This document shows positions 34,404 through 44,659 of a stretch of DNA of 64,000 nucleotides, in pieces; position 1 is the stretch's first letter, and the number at the start of each line of letters is the position of its first letter. The notes beneath the pieces are model-generated. The model was not told the origin of the DNA, did no database searches, and saw nothing but the letters and a program-made list of their open reading frames with translations. This stretch comes from an uncultured virus (IMG/VR IMGVR_UViG_3300008259_004339). Taxonomy: Duplodnaviria; Heunggongvirae; Uroviricota; Caudoviricetes. The translations under genes were made by a program, and so were the position numbers. Where the stretch lies: positions 1 through 64,000 of IMG/VR virus record IMGVR_UViG_3300008259_004339; one strand, written 5' to 3'.

Positions 34404-34510
34404 ATACTTATAAATATATCAAAAAAGATTAATGTGTTAATTGATTTATATGTAATATATTTTTACTTACAGTGAATTGATTTATATTAAAATTATATAT
34501 ATAAGATGTT

Positions 34511-35119
34511 ATGACAAGAATTGTAAATGAATTATATGTAACTGAGTGTATTACGTTTCCTAGATGTGGACACACGTGGTTAAGTAGAATATTAAAGTAT
34601 TATTTTAAAAACGATCTTAATTACTGCGAAATGTACAATAATCCGGAATTGATGATTGATGTAAATGAAAATACGAACTTACAAAAAAATCACGATATTC
34701 ATTTATACACCCCAGTTAAAAATGATAGAAAATATCTTATACAAATAAGAGGTGCCGAAAATTGTCTAAACTCTTACTATAAATTAGAAGTGGAAAACAT
34801 AGATAATAATTATTTTAAAAAAGAAATGGGTTCAACGGATTTAATAAACTTTCAAGAATATAGACGCTATAACGATTGGATTGAAGAAAAGAAAATTTTC
34901 TATAATCATTTTTTGAATAAATGGGTTTTCAAATATATACCCAATTCAAAAATTGTTATATATGAACATTTAAAAGACAATACTATTGAAGAAGTATTGT
35001 CTATAATAAAGTTTATGACTGATAAAGATGGTGATAGAGAAAAATTATTAATTGCAATAGAGAACTCAAATGAACCACATTTAGTAAATGAACAATTCAA
35101 AGAAAAATATATTGTGTGA
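34511..35119 (+). CDS. Sulfotransferase-like protein
   Basis: ITFPRCGHTWL (5'-PSB loop-like), KNHD, IR...SYY, IVIYEHL. Confidence 0.7.
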   Translation: MTRIVNELYVTECITFPRCGHTWLSRILKYYFKNDLNYCEMYNNPELMIDVNENTNLQKNHDIHLYTPVKNDRKYLIQIRGAENCLNSYYKLEVENIDNNYFKKEMGSTDLINFQEYRRYNDWIEEKKIFYNHFLNKWVFKYIPNSKIVIYEHLKDNTIEEVLSIIKFMTDKDGDREKLLIAIENSNEPHLVNEQFKEKYIV

Positions 35120-35120
35120 A

Positions 35121-37829
35121 TTATATATATTTATATTGATGCATAATTACTTTTAAATTGGTTTCTAACATATTCAATCTTTGTTTTTCATTATAACAAA
35201 AATCTCCACAACCTGAATAAGACGACGGCAACCATCCTACTCTTTTAAAAGAATCTTCTTTAAGTTTATTATAAATACGAATTCCAAGACCAAAATCCCA
35301 AGGACCAACTTCGTCTACGTGTTCGCTTTTATTTAAAATAGTACCGTATAATTCTTTATTAAAAAACTCACACATTTTTTCTGTATTATAAAATGTAAGT
35401 GCGCCATTTGTATATATTGATATAGGTGAAGCGTGATCAATATTTATTGATACTTTACATTCTTTTGAATAGTTGTATACATAATCTTGAATACTTTGAA
35501 AAAAATTACCTATTGCTAGTTTAGGCATTCTAATTGCTGGTGTTCCTGTAATAATTGGTTCATATGGCCAAGCTAAATGTTCTTGCCATAATATATCAAA
35601 CCAATAATCCTTAGATATTAAACAGTCCCATTCGTAACAAAAGAAATAATCCCAACCTTTTTCTTTAGCAATTCGTATACCTTCTACAAATGCCCAGAAT
35701 GCATATTTATCACATTTTCTATATAAACCAGCTTGCATTTCTTCCATTTTGTTAAATTTAACAAAATTAACAGCATCTAAATTGCTATCCGAATACACAA
35801 CAAATGGAATATTATATTTTGATAATTTATAATCATTTATATTATCAATACATTTTTTAATACCATCGTTCATTTGGTGAACATAAAAAATGATACCGAC
35901 CTTTAAATTGTTTTTAATATGTAAACTTTTTACCTTAGAATAAATTTTTATAAAATTGCTATCAACTATTTTTTTTCTGTTAATATCAATTTGAGTAGCG
36001 CTAGAATCGTGACTTATACATTTAACGCATTTTTCTTGAAAAAATAAGAACAAATTATCTGAATTCTTAGTAAAATGCGACCAAATGTATATATCGTTTC
36101 CCACAACGAATGATGGACGTTCATAAAAAAATTTATCATTTCCGTGAGTTTGTTCCCATTCAATCAAACAAGAAAGAAGTTTATCAGTTGGAAAAATTCC
36201 ATGAATAGGCGATAAAGAATATCCCTGTCTAATAATGTAATCTTTTATTACGTCTACTTTGTACACCCCAGTTTTTAACTCTATATCCAAAGTTGAATTT
36301 AACTCGGTTTTTTTAGTAATGAAATTTTCTACCGATCCTTTCCAAACTCCAAATGCGCAATTTTCGTTCATTAAATTTACTGCATTTTTAACTTCGGATA
36401 AGATGATGTCATCATCGTGAAGAATAGTAACCCAATTTGTAGTTACATTTTTTAATCCTTCAATCCAACATAAATTATTATTTCGTTCATCTTCTATGAT
36501 AACTACTTTATGTTTTTTGGATAACTGTTTTGCCCAATTAACATATTCAAAATTAAATCCTGACACTACTATTACTATATTGGTGATACCAGCGTCAATA
36601 ATAGATTGATAAGCTTTTTTTCCAAATGAAAGTCTATCTCCGTGACACGTTAATAGTACTGTATAATTATCTAAATTAGATGAATGTTGGACTTTTGGAA
36701 ATTGAAAAAATTTATCTGTGTGAGTTTCAATATAAGATAATTTTTTATATGAAATGTCGTCTTTATAATAAAAGATAGCGTTCATACCAATAAAGTTTGA
36801 TACTTCATTTTTCCACATCGTAAATCCATTTACTCTAATTCCCAATTTTCTATTGTCTTGACTTTTTGGATCAATATCACTTGGGGTAAATGTACTAGAT
36901 TCACATCTTATTTCCACTACATTATTTAATGGAATCTTAACAAACAACTTTTTATCTTTTTCAGCACTAACTGTTGTAAACAACTGGTAATCATCACTAT
37001 CTTTATATTTTGTATAAAACTTTACAGTTGCTGCGTATGGTAAGTTGGCAGATTCAATCGAAATGAAATCGTAATTAAAATTGTTTATTTGTACAAAAAA
37101 CAATTCAGATGTCCATCTCCAGCACAATTCATCTGTTCCTTCTAAATTATGCCATCCACGACCAAGAACTATTTCCACAGAATCATCTATATCTATTATA
37201 GAATTCGATGGTTTATTTACAATATATAAACAAGAAAAATGGTCATTTGGATCTCCGTATACATTAAACTCTTGATTGTCAGTTCTTTTATTAGAAACAG
37301 GCACATAATTGTTTTTTTGTAAAATTTCCCAAGTATTTTTATAAATGCCATTTACCGATTCATCATTAAACCTGCGTCCTGACACAAGCAACTTATCGGT
37401 CATATTTCTAATATCATTAAGATAAACGGTTAAATCGTCCTCATTAATATGTTGAAAAACTAAAGTAGCAAATATAAAGTCAAATTTTATATTTTTTATA
37501 AATGCCCAATCAGAAATAAGTTGAACATTTTTATACTCTTCTAATTTTTTATTATATCTCCTTAAAGAGTATTCTTCAACACGTGATAACATTGAACTAT
37601 TGTCATATCCAATAATAGTTACATTTGGAAATTTATTAGCAATATCAAGTGTATTTCTACCAATACCACAACCAAAATCCAATATCGTAAAATTTACATC
37701 TGTAGGTATGTAATTATACAATAATTTATCTGAATTAATGTTATCTACAGACTTATCCGTTATAATTAACGAAGCTAATTTGTCGATAGAAATTTTACTA
37801 ACAACATCCCAATTATTAAATTTAAACAT
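35121..37829 (-). CDS. Multidomain protein: SAM methyltransferase plus beta-sandwich plus GT2-like glycosyltransferase domains
   Basis: ILDFGCGIGR...LVFQHI; GWHNLEG...WRWT...DNRKLGI; WVTILHDDD; FCYEWDC. Confidence 0.75.
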   Translation of the reverse strand: MFKFNNWDVVSKISIDKLASLIITDKSVDNINSDKLLYNYIPTDVNFTILDFGCGIGRNTLDIANKFPNVTIIGYDNSSMLSRVEEYSLRRYNKKLEEYKNVQLISDWAFIKNIKFDFIFATLVFQHINEDDLTVYLNDIRNMTDKLLVSGRRFNDESVNGIYKNTWEILQKNNYVPVSNKRTDNQEFNVYGDPNDHFSCLYIVNKPSNSIIDIDDSVEIVLGRGWHNLEGTDELCWRWTSELFFVQINNFNYDFISIESANLPYAATVKFYTKYKDSDDYQLFTTVSAEKDKKLFVKIPLNNVVEIRCESSTFTPSDIDPKSQDNRKLGIRVNGFTMWKNEVSNFIGMNAIFYYKDDISYKKLSYIETHTDKFFQFPKVQHSSNLDNYTVLLTCHGDRLSFGKKAYQSIIDAGITNIVIVVSGFNFEYVNWAKQLSKKHKVVIIEDERNNNLCWIEGLKNVTTNWVTILHDDDIILSEVKNAVNLMNENCAFGVWKGSVENFITKKTELNSTLDIELKTGVYKVDVIKDYIIRQGYSLSPIHGIFPTDKLLSCLIEWEQTHGNDKFFYERPSFVVGNDIYIWSHFTKNSDNLFLFFQEKCVKCISHDSSATQIDINRKKIVDSNFIKIYSKVKSLHIKNNLKVGIIFYVHQMNDGIKKCIDNINDYKLSKYNIPFVVYSDSNLDAVNFVKFNKMEEMQAGLYRKCDKYAFWAFVEGIRIAKEKGWDYFFCYEWDCLISKDYWFDILWQEHLAWPYEPIITGTPAIRMPKLAIGNFFQSIQDYVYNYSKECKVSINIDHASPISIYTNGALTFYNTEKMCEFFNKELYGTILNKSEHVDEVGPWDFGLGIRIYNKLKEDSFKRVGWLPSSYSGCGDFCYNEKQRLNMLETNLKVIMHQYKYI

Positions 37830-37831
37830 AA

Positions 37832-38833
37832 TTAAAAATTTTTAATTTGATTATAAATCCATTCGTAGGTATTTTTTATACCTATATCCAGTGGTTGCGT
37901 AGGTGACCAATTCATTTTTTCTTTATATAAACAATTGTTTGAATTTCTACCACGTACACCCGTAGGACATTTAAAACCATATTTTTTATAAAATTCTTCT
38001 CCCGCAATATTACTTATTTTAAGATTTTTACCAGACAATTTAATTGCCATTTGAGCTAAATCGTTTATTGATACCATCTGTTCAGACCCAATATTTACGG
38101 GTCCAATAAAACTATCTTGTCGCATAAGTCTCAAAATACCTTCTATACATTCGTCTATATAAAGAAATGAACGAGTTTGCAATCCATCTCCCCATACTTC
38201 AAACGTAGAATTGTTTTCCGATTCAATCGCTTTGCGACACATAGCGGCAGGCGCTTTTTCTTTGCCACCTTTATATGTTCCGCATGGACCAAATATATTG
38301 TGAAACCTAGCAATTCTAACGTCTAACTTATAATTTCTATTATAGGCTAAATATAATCTTTCACTAAATAATTTTTCCCAACCATATTCACTGTCTGGTT
38401 CAGCTGGATAAGCATCTTTTTCCGCACATTTTGGATTGTTCGGATCCATCTGATTATATTCAGGATATACACAGGCACTAGATGAATAAAATACTTTCTT
38501 TACCTTTTTCTTAACACATTGATGTACTACATTAAGATTAATTAATGCAGAATTATGCATTACATTTGCATCATTCTGACCTGTAAAAATATACAAAGCG
38601 CCACCCATATCAGCCGCTAATTGATACACCTCATCGATGTTTTCTGAAATTACAGATTCTACAATGTTAGAATCGGTTAAATCTCCTAAAATAAATTCGT
38701 CGGCATAATTATGATATTCATTATTTTTGATATCAACTCCACGGACCCAATAACCCTCTTCTTTTAGTTTTTTAACCAAATGTCCACCTATAAAACCACC
38801 AGCGCCTAATACTATAGCTCTTTTTTGAAACAT
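37832..38833 (-). CDS. GDP-mannose 3,5-epimerase-like NAD-dependent epimerase
   Basis: GAGGFIG, YQLAADMGG, YSSSACVYP, YGWEKL, KEKAPAAMCRK, GVRGRNS. Confidence 0.88.
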   Translation of the reverse strand: MFQKRAIVLGAGGFIGGHLVKKLKEEGYWVRGVDIKNNEYHNYADEFILGDLTDSNIVESVISENIDEVYQLAADMGGALYIFTGQNDANVMHNSALINLNVVHQCVKKKVKKVFYSSSACVYPEYNQMDPNNPKCAEKDAYPAEPDSEYGWEKLFSERLYLAYNRNYKLDVRIARFHNIFGPCGTYKGGKEKAPAAMCRKAIESENNSTFEVWGDGLQTRSFLYIDECIEGILRLMRQDSFIGPVNIGSEQMVSINDLAQMAIKLSGKNLKISNIAGEEFYKKYGFKCPTGVRGRNSNNCLYKEKMNWSPTQPLDIGIKNTYEWIYNQIKNF

Positions 38834-38834
38834 A

Positions 38835-39791
38835 TTATTTATTAATTGATTTGATAATTTTAGCAACACATGCCATAAACGTAATTTCCTTGTCTACGAC
38901 CATACTGCTCTGATATACATATTCTGCGATTTCTATAATAATTAATGTTTCTTTACCAACTGCATATTCGTCAATCCTAGAATATAGTTCTGTATAAAGT
39001 TCTTCAAAATTACGGGTACCCGCATCATTAATCAATTGGCGAATTTCATTAAATGACTTGCCATTGGTCTTAGCAGACTTTAATAAGTCAATTAACTTGT
39101 TCTTCAAATCAAAGCTAGCACCTTGACTTTGCAAGATCTTCAATTTACCATCCGAAGAACTCTGTTGAATAAAATTGATGATCTTACGAACGTCAGGATA
39201 AAAATCCTGAACAATCTTCTTTAGATCCACCAATTCATACTTGATAGATTCTTTATCCAAAATATTCTTGATATGTACAGCTACATCTTTTAATGAAGGT
39301 GGTTCAAGTTTAAATACCTGACTACGACTACACAACGGATCAATAATCTTTTCAACATAATTACACGTTAAAATGAACCTGGTAGTACTACTATAAGTCT
39401 CCATCAAGTTACGCAAAGATGCCTGACTGCTAGCTGACAAAAAGTCAGCTTCATCCAAAATAACAACTTTCAATGGATTGAAACCAGTTGAAGCTGCAAA
39501 TGGCTTAATAGTTTCACGAATAAACTCCACCTTGGTATTATCACTAGCATTAACATACATAACATCACATTCAATGTTACTTGTTAGAATTTTTGCCAAT
39601 GTAGTCTTACCAGTTCCAGCACCACCGTGTAAAAGTATATGTGGAATGTGTTTCTTATTAATAAAATCTTGAAAAACTGCTCTGATACTGTCAGAGCAGA
39701 TATAATTGTCTAGTTTCGATGGACGATATTTTTCAGCCCAAAGACTATGTTGTTCCACACCATCTGACTTTTCTTCAACAAAGAAACTCAT
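38835..39791 (-). CDS. Clamp loader AAA+ subunit (T4 gp44/RFC-like)
   Basis: LWAEKYRP, GGAGTGKTT, NASD, ILDEAD, FILTCNY, SR. Confidence 0.93.
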   Translation of the reverse strand: MSFFVEEKSDGVEQHSLWAEKYRPSKLDNYICSDSIRAVFQDFINKKHIPHILLHGGAGTGKTTLAKILTSNIECDVMYVNASDNTKVEFIRETIKPFAASTGFNPLKVVILDEADFLSASSQASLRNLMETYSSTTRFILTCNYVEKIIDPLCSRSQVFKLEPPSLKDVAVHIKNILDKESIKYELVDLKKIVQDFYPDVRKIINFIQQSSSDGKLKILQSQGASFDLKNKLIDLLKSAKTNGKSFNEIRQLINDAGTRNFEELYTELYSRIDEYAVGKETLIIIEIAEYVYQSSMVVDKEITFMACVAKIIKSINK

Positions 39792-39799
39792 AATTAGTA

Positions 39800-40537
39800 T
39801 TAATCTACGCTCTTGATGTCAATTAGATAATAAGAACTATTGAATAGATCGTTATTAAACTCAACGTGAGCAATACCAGCATCACTGATCTTCAATACTG
39901 CATTTTCACAATCACTATTGCTAGTCAAAATCTCTTTTAGATACTTAGCACTAAAGTGAATAGTCTTACCAAGAGTATCTTTACCTTCTGTTGGCTTGAT
40001 ATCGATATTAATACGATTGCTATTAACACTGCTATATCCAATAGTTAACTTGATCTTATCCTTTTTATCTTTGATAAAAGTCATTGTATCAACATCACTC
40101 AAAGCACTCTTAGCTTTAACGAATGTAGTAACAAACTCCTTCGTAAGAGGAATCTCTAAATTGAACGGAGGCAACTTTTTGAGATCTGGAACCTTTGGAA
40201 TCACAGTCAAATCAGCAGTAACGTACTGTACATCAGTACCTTCACTGTTCAATGATAGTGAAACAATCTTCTCTTCACGCTTGTTATATGAGATGTTAAC
40301 GTCCTCCGTTAGAACATTCAACAACTTCTTTAGCTTGGTAGTATCATTGATACCAATCTCAGAATCAGTCAAACCCGCGTCATCTTTAATCACAACATAA
40401 CTGATAACGTTTTTATCATCACTAATTGATGCTGTTTTGATTTGTTTGTTGCTGTTGTCAACGATCCATTTAACACTTTCAATGGTACCGTTGAGTGAAT
40501 ATTTGTCGATAAATGTAGTTAATATTTGTTTCTTCAT
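39800..40537 (-). CDS. Sliding clamp (T4 gp45/PCNA-like)
   Basis: 245 aa, two-domain beta-rich pattern, between clamp loader and PolB, ends SSYYL. Confidence 0.75.
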   Translation of the reverse strand: MKKQILTTFIDKYSLNGTIESVKWIVDNSNKQIKTASISDDKNVISYVVIKDDAGLTDSEIGINDTTKLKKLLNVLTEDVNISYNKREEKIVSLSLNSEGTDVQYVTADLTVIPKVPDLKKLPPFNLEIPLTKEFVTTFVKAKSALSDVDTMTFIKDKKDKIKLTIGYSSVNSNRINIDIKPTEGKDTLGKTIHFSAKYLKEILTSNSDCENAVLKISDAGIAHVEFNNDLFNSSYYLIDIKSVD

Positions 40538-40570
40538 ACTCTATAATGTTAACCGATGTCGATTTGTTTG

Positions 40571-40978
40571 TCAATTGTTGAATTCAAAAAATAATCCCAC
40601 GTTTTCATTGCTGTGATTCTTTTCAGAAAGACACTTTATACCCTCACTGTATAAATCACTTGGTGATACATAAAAGCAACCAATTTTATAATCTGCATAT
40701 GCGACTGTTCTCATTTGATAATATACCTTCACATTGCTACTATCATTGGTTCTAAACTCAATATAGTAAACCTTTGGGTCACTTAGTCTATATAATTGAT
40801 TTTTAGGAATAAACAGTTTATCACACAGCATTTGATTGGGTGTAAATTCTACATATGGACCCCGTTGACCAATTACCACACGTTCATATTTACGAGCAAT
40901 AACTGTATCATAACTGGTTTTCAACTCTAACGACGATCCCTCTTCAGGAATAGTCAATAACTCACTATATTTTTTCAT
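40571..40978 (-). CDS. Hypothetical protein in the replication operon
   Basis: YERVVIGQRGPYVEF...KVYYQMRTVAYADYKIG. Confidence 0.7.
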   Translation of the reverse strand: MKKYSELLTIPEEGSSLELKTSYDTVIARKYERVVIGQRGPYVEFTPNQMLCDKLFIPKNQLYRLSDPKVYYIEFRTNDSSNVKVYYQMRTVAYADYKIGCFYVSPSDLYSEGIKCLSEKNHSNENVGLFFEFNN

Positions 40979-40984
40979 AACTTT

Positions 40985-43636
40985 TTAAAAACTAAAAAAC
41001 TCTTCCAATTTAACATCTGTCTCATTTGGATAACTCCAATTCAACACATTATAAAAGTCTAACAACTTGCCTTTAAGTTCTTGTTCATACATAGCATTTC
41101 TGTCTACATATTGTTCAATGAACTCCATAATACGATCAGGATCAGTACCATCAGCTTTCATAGCAATACCCTCAATACCATATTGGTTTTGTTTTAGATA
41201 TACCCACTTGATCTTTTGACCGTGGAAAATCTCAGGTACATCTTTGTCTAACTTCCAAGTCTTCAACAAATCATTATAAGCCAAAGCAGCTTTAGCTTGT
41301 GCTGGAGTACCATCCATAAACTGAAATGGATGTCTGGTCTTTGGATTATAATCATTATCTCCATTTTGACTCTTAAACTTTACACTAGTATTCTTTGCAA
41401 TCTCAATAACTGGATAAGTAGACATCTTATCTTTAAATTCAAGAATACTAGCATCAATTTGATCTTTTGGGAGTTTACGTAACATATCATCCAAGAACTT
41501 TTGCATAAACTTACGAAATCGAATTGGAAAGCTGGTACGAACTACGTCAATACCCTTTACTTCCATTTCATCACACTCAATACCAGCTTTGTTGATAATA
41601 AACTGAGCATATCGTTTCTTAGCCAACCAGAAACTGGTCTTAGCAATAACTTCTTGTTTTGCATCAAAACGATGTTTCTCAATGTTGAAGTAACGTTTTG
41701 CCATTACATCATAAAACTTATTGACAAACGATTGTACATCGCCAGTTACTTTCAAAATAGCCTCAGTCATTGCCTTTTCATCATTTAGATCGATATCAGG
41801 CATATTCTTTTTAATGATAGGTAATGCACTAGCAAAACAACTATCTGTATCTGTATAGATAACCCAATCTCCTTCTTTCTCATTCAATGAACGTTTGAAA
41901 CACTCATTGATAGCTTTACCAGTAGATTTGATAATATCTTGACCAGTTATGGTAACAGCGCTCGCATTATCCTTGTCATAAAATCTAAAGATCGGTAGAC
42001 CCAATACACCATAGATTGAATTAAGTAATACTTTTTGTACTTTTTGACGACCATCATAAAATTCATATTTTTCCCATTCTTTTAAATCCGCATGCTTCTT
42101 AGCAAGTTTACGAAGATCTTTACGTTCATCGAACCACTTTACTAGAATTTCTGGAATAACCCCAGTCTTGTCTTTCTTACACATTACACCATTACTAGCC
42201 ACACTCAAATTGCTTTGGACAACCAATTGTTTAAATTCATCATTGGTATAAACTGTAGATCCAACGTGATACTTGCCAATCTTGTCTTGAGCAAACAATC
42301 TAGCATTAAATGCGTACAATCGTTGTTCAAGATATTGAGCAAATGGAGTCTTCTTTTGAGCACTATCACCTAGATTCTCATAATCCTCACGAATTTCTTT
42401 GGTACGATCTTCTACATAAGAATTATCATATTCAATCTTATTAATTACTGCTACTTTAGTTTCAGGCGATAAGTTAAGACTGATGATGATATTCGGATAC
42501 ATTGATGTAAGGTCCAAGTCAAAGACCCAATCATAACGACCGGGAGTAGGAGCTTTAACATAAGCACCTTCAAAACCTTGTTCATTATCTTCCATTTGAG
42601 TTTCATATTCATCACGACCATCCAATGATTTATTTTTAGCGACTTGTCCTTTACGACGTAGATACATAAGAATAGCACCTTCAATGAAACGAGAACTCAT
42701 TTCATACCATTCATATGGAACGTGACCTTTGTGACAAATAGCCCTTGCCAATTCAATAAACTGTAACTTCTTTTCTAGTGCTACAATGATTTGTACGTCG
42801 TTCAAGTTATATTCAATATACTTGTTGATATCAGCTTTGTACAAATCATCCAAACTACCTTTATAGGCAATCTTTTCCATACCCACGATCTTTTTACCAA
42901 TAGCACCAAGAGCATAACTAGCTTCTTGTTTAATATTAAGCTTCTTGTAAAGAGTCATATAATCCAAATGAGTTACCCCAGCTACAATAACTTTCTTATT
43001 CCAGTCATTGATATAAGCAACTTGAATTGGACTCAAACGTTTTGCATTGTTTGGACCAACGATATTTTTCATACGACGGAATAGATACGGCATGTCGAAG
43101 TTATCACTGTTCCAACCAGTACTAATAGTAGGTTGAATTTCTTCCCATTTGGTAAGAAAGTGCATCAATAGACTATCTTCATCTGTAAAACTACGTACTT
43201 CTACATTTTCTTTAACGAAGTCCTGTAGCTTATGTTCTTTATCCAAAATGAAAGCTGTATATTTAGATGTACAACTATCATAAATAGCAATAGCTGTAAT
43301 TTCTTTATCAGCTTCTTCTACGTTTGGAAAGCCACCTTCGGTACTAACCTCAATGTCAAGATATACAACACGATGTCCTTCAGAAGGTTCGTCACTGTCC
43401 TCGTAAGCATCAATCAAGATGCGAGTTTCTGCTGGAACATCACTTTCAAATAAACTTGGGTCTTTTGGATTGAATTTGTATACCTTTTCCAATTCGTCTC
43501 CATAAATACTACGATACATTCCACCTTCACGCTTTCGATAAGCATATGGACGATACGGAACCGTTACATATCCTTTTTTATCATCCCACAAGTGAATAAT
43601 GTTATCTTTCTTTGAAACAAATATATTTTGATACAT
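40985..43636 (-). CDS. polB: Family B DNA polymerase
   Basis: Exo motifs DIE, GWNSDNFD, YNLND; DLTSMYPNII, KVLLNSIYG, YTDTDS, KKRY. Confidence 0.97.
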   Translation of the reverse strand: MYQNIFVSKKDNIIHLWDDKKGYVTVPYRPYAYRKREGGMYRSIYGDELEKVYKFNPKDPSLFESDVPAETRILIDAYEDSDEPSEGHRVVYLDIEVSTEGGFPNVEEADKEITAIAIYDSCTSKYTAFILDKEHKLQDFVKENVEVRSFTDEDSLLMHFLTKWEEIQPTISTGWNSDNFDMPYLFRRMKNIVGPNNAKRLSPIQVAYINDWNKKVIVAGVTHLDYMTLYKKLNIKQEASYALGAIGKKIVGMEKIAYKGSLDDLYKADINKYIEYNLNDVQIIVALEKKLQFIELARAICHKGHVPYEWYEMSSRFIEGAILMYLRRKGQVAKNKSLDGRDEYETQMEDNEQGFEGAYVKAPTPGRYDWVFDLDLTSMYPNIIISLNLSPETKVAVINKIEYDNSYVEDRTKEIREDYENLGDSAQKKTPFAQYLEQRLYAFNARLFAQDKIGKYHVGSTVYTNDEFKQLVVQSNLSVASNGVMCKKDKTGVIPEILVKWFDERKDLRKLAKKHADLKEWEKYEFYDGRQKVQKVLLNSIYGVLGLPIFRFYDKDNASAVTITGQDIIKSTGKAINECFKRSLNEKEGDWVIYTDTDSCFASALPIIKKNMPDIDLNDEKAMTEAILKVTGDVQSFVNKFYDVMAKRYFNIEKHRFDAKQEVIAKTSFWLAKKRYAQFIINKAGIECDEMEVKGIDVVRTSFPIRFRKFMQKFLDDMLRKLPKDQIDASILEFKDKMSTYPVIEIAKNTSVKFKSQNGDNDYNPKTRHPFQFMDGTPAQAKAALAYNDLLKTWKLDKDVPEIFHGQKIKWVYLKQNQYGIEGIAMKADGTDPDRIMEFIEQYVDRNAMYEQELKGKLLDFYNVLNWSYPNETDVKLEEFFSF

Positions 43637-43643
43637 ACAACCA

Positions 43644-43871
43644 CTATACCTTCAATTTAGCAACAAGTCCAGTGAAAACTGCGTGATGTTCTTCTTTTAC
43701 GTGTTGCGCACATTGTAATATTCTATCCATCAACCGTTTATGTTTAATTGAAACGAATAAACACGGTTCAAGTTCTTCTCCGCTTAACACAGGTGGATTA
43801 ATTTTATTAATACAGAACCATAACATTGCTAATTCGTCTTCTGTGAGAGACTCTAGATGATCTAATTTCAT
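43644..43871 (-). CDS. Hypothetical protein
   Basis: 75-aa ORF in operon. Confidence 0.6.
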   Translation of the reverse strand: MKLDHLESLTEDELAMLWFCINKINPPVLSGEELEPCLFVSIKHKRLMDRILQCAQHVKEEHHAVFTGLVAKLKV

Positions 43872-44602
43872 TTTAATTTAAAACCAAAAATATTTTGTCC
43901 GTAGTTTACAAATAAAGTATTGTCTAATTTTACCTTCAAAGTTTGAATAGATTTGCTATGAGCATCTTTTTCTTCATCTTCTACTTCTTTGATACTGAAA
44001 CTGTTGCCCATCTTGGTAACAGTTGCTTCTCTAGCATTTAATATAACTTGGGGAGTAACAACCAAATAATCTCCCTCTTTTAAATCTTTCTTCTTCTTTG
44101 ATTTACTATCCAATACAGTTGCGTTACCACCAACAACATATATCTGTGTATATTTATCACCTGACTTTATAAAGAAACTTGTTTTATTGAATACAACCGA
44201 ACATAAAGAAGTTAGAATTGTATTTGTAGTAGCACTTTCACTGACACAGTATAACTCACCATTACTCGTAAAGTTAAACATTGCGTCTTTTACTTTAACA
44301 ACCTCAGGCAATTTGAAATTATTATCATATTCAGTACTTGTTTGATTGAAGTATGTACTGGTGCTTTCACGTTGGTGTATAGCAATTCTATATGGAAACA
44401 CATATGTAGCGGTACTATTGGTTTGGGTGTTTATATTCAAACTGTTAGTAAGTGTAAAGGTATTATTAATTTGGGCGTTTAACACACTAAGTTTATTGTT
44501 AATAACCTCGGTTATTTCAATTTGTTCATTTGTGTCATATAGATACAGATCATTGGCGACAAGATTTAGAGACATTAATAGAAGTAATAGTATTTTTTTC
44601 AT
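43868..44602 (-). CDS. Secreted FecR-like beta protein
   Basis: Signal peptide MKKILLLLLMSLNLVA; TQIYVVGGNATV...LKEGD. Confidence 0.55.
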   Translation of the reverse strand: MKKILLLLLMSLNLVANDLYLYDTNEQIEITEVINNKLSVLNAQINNTFTLTNSLNINTQTNSTATYVFPYRIAIHQRESTSTYFNQTSTEYDNNFKLPEVVKVKDAMFNFTSNGELYCVSESATTNTILTSLCSVVFNKTSFFIKSGDKYTQIYVVGGNATVLDSKSKKKKDLKEGDYLVVTPQVILNAREATVTKMGNSFSIKEVEDEEKDAHSKSIQTLKVKLDNTLFVNYGQNIFGFKLK

Positions 44603-44625
44603 ATACAATATATAGTTTTTATAAG

Positions 44626-44653
44626 TTGACTATTTTAAATTATAGTGTAAGAT
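44626..44653 (+). promoter_or_regulatory. Sigma70-type promoter
   Basis: TTGACT-N16-TAAGAT, 6 nt before the ATG at 44660. Confidence 0.65.
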
Positions 44654-44659
44654 AATGTA

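Noticed and set aside
40985..43636. Intein or intron in PolB
   Set aside because: Single 883-aa ORF; the insert after motif A is short and lacks C/S...HN splice motifs
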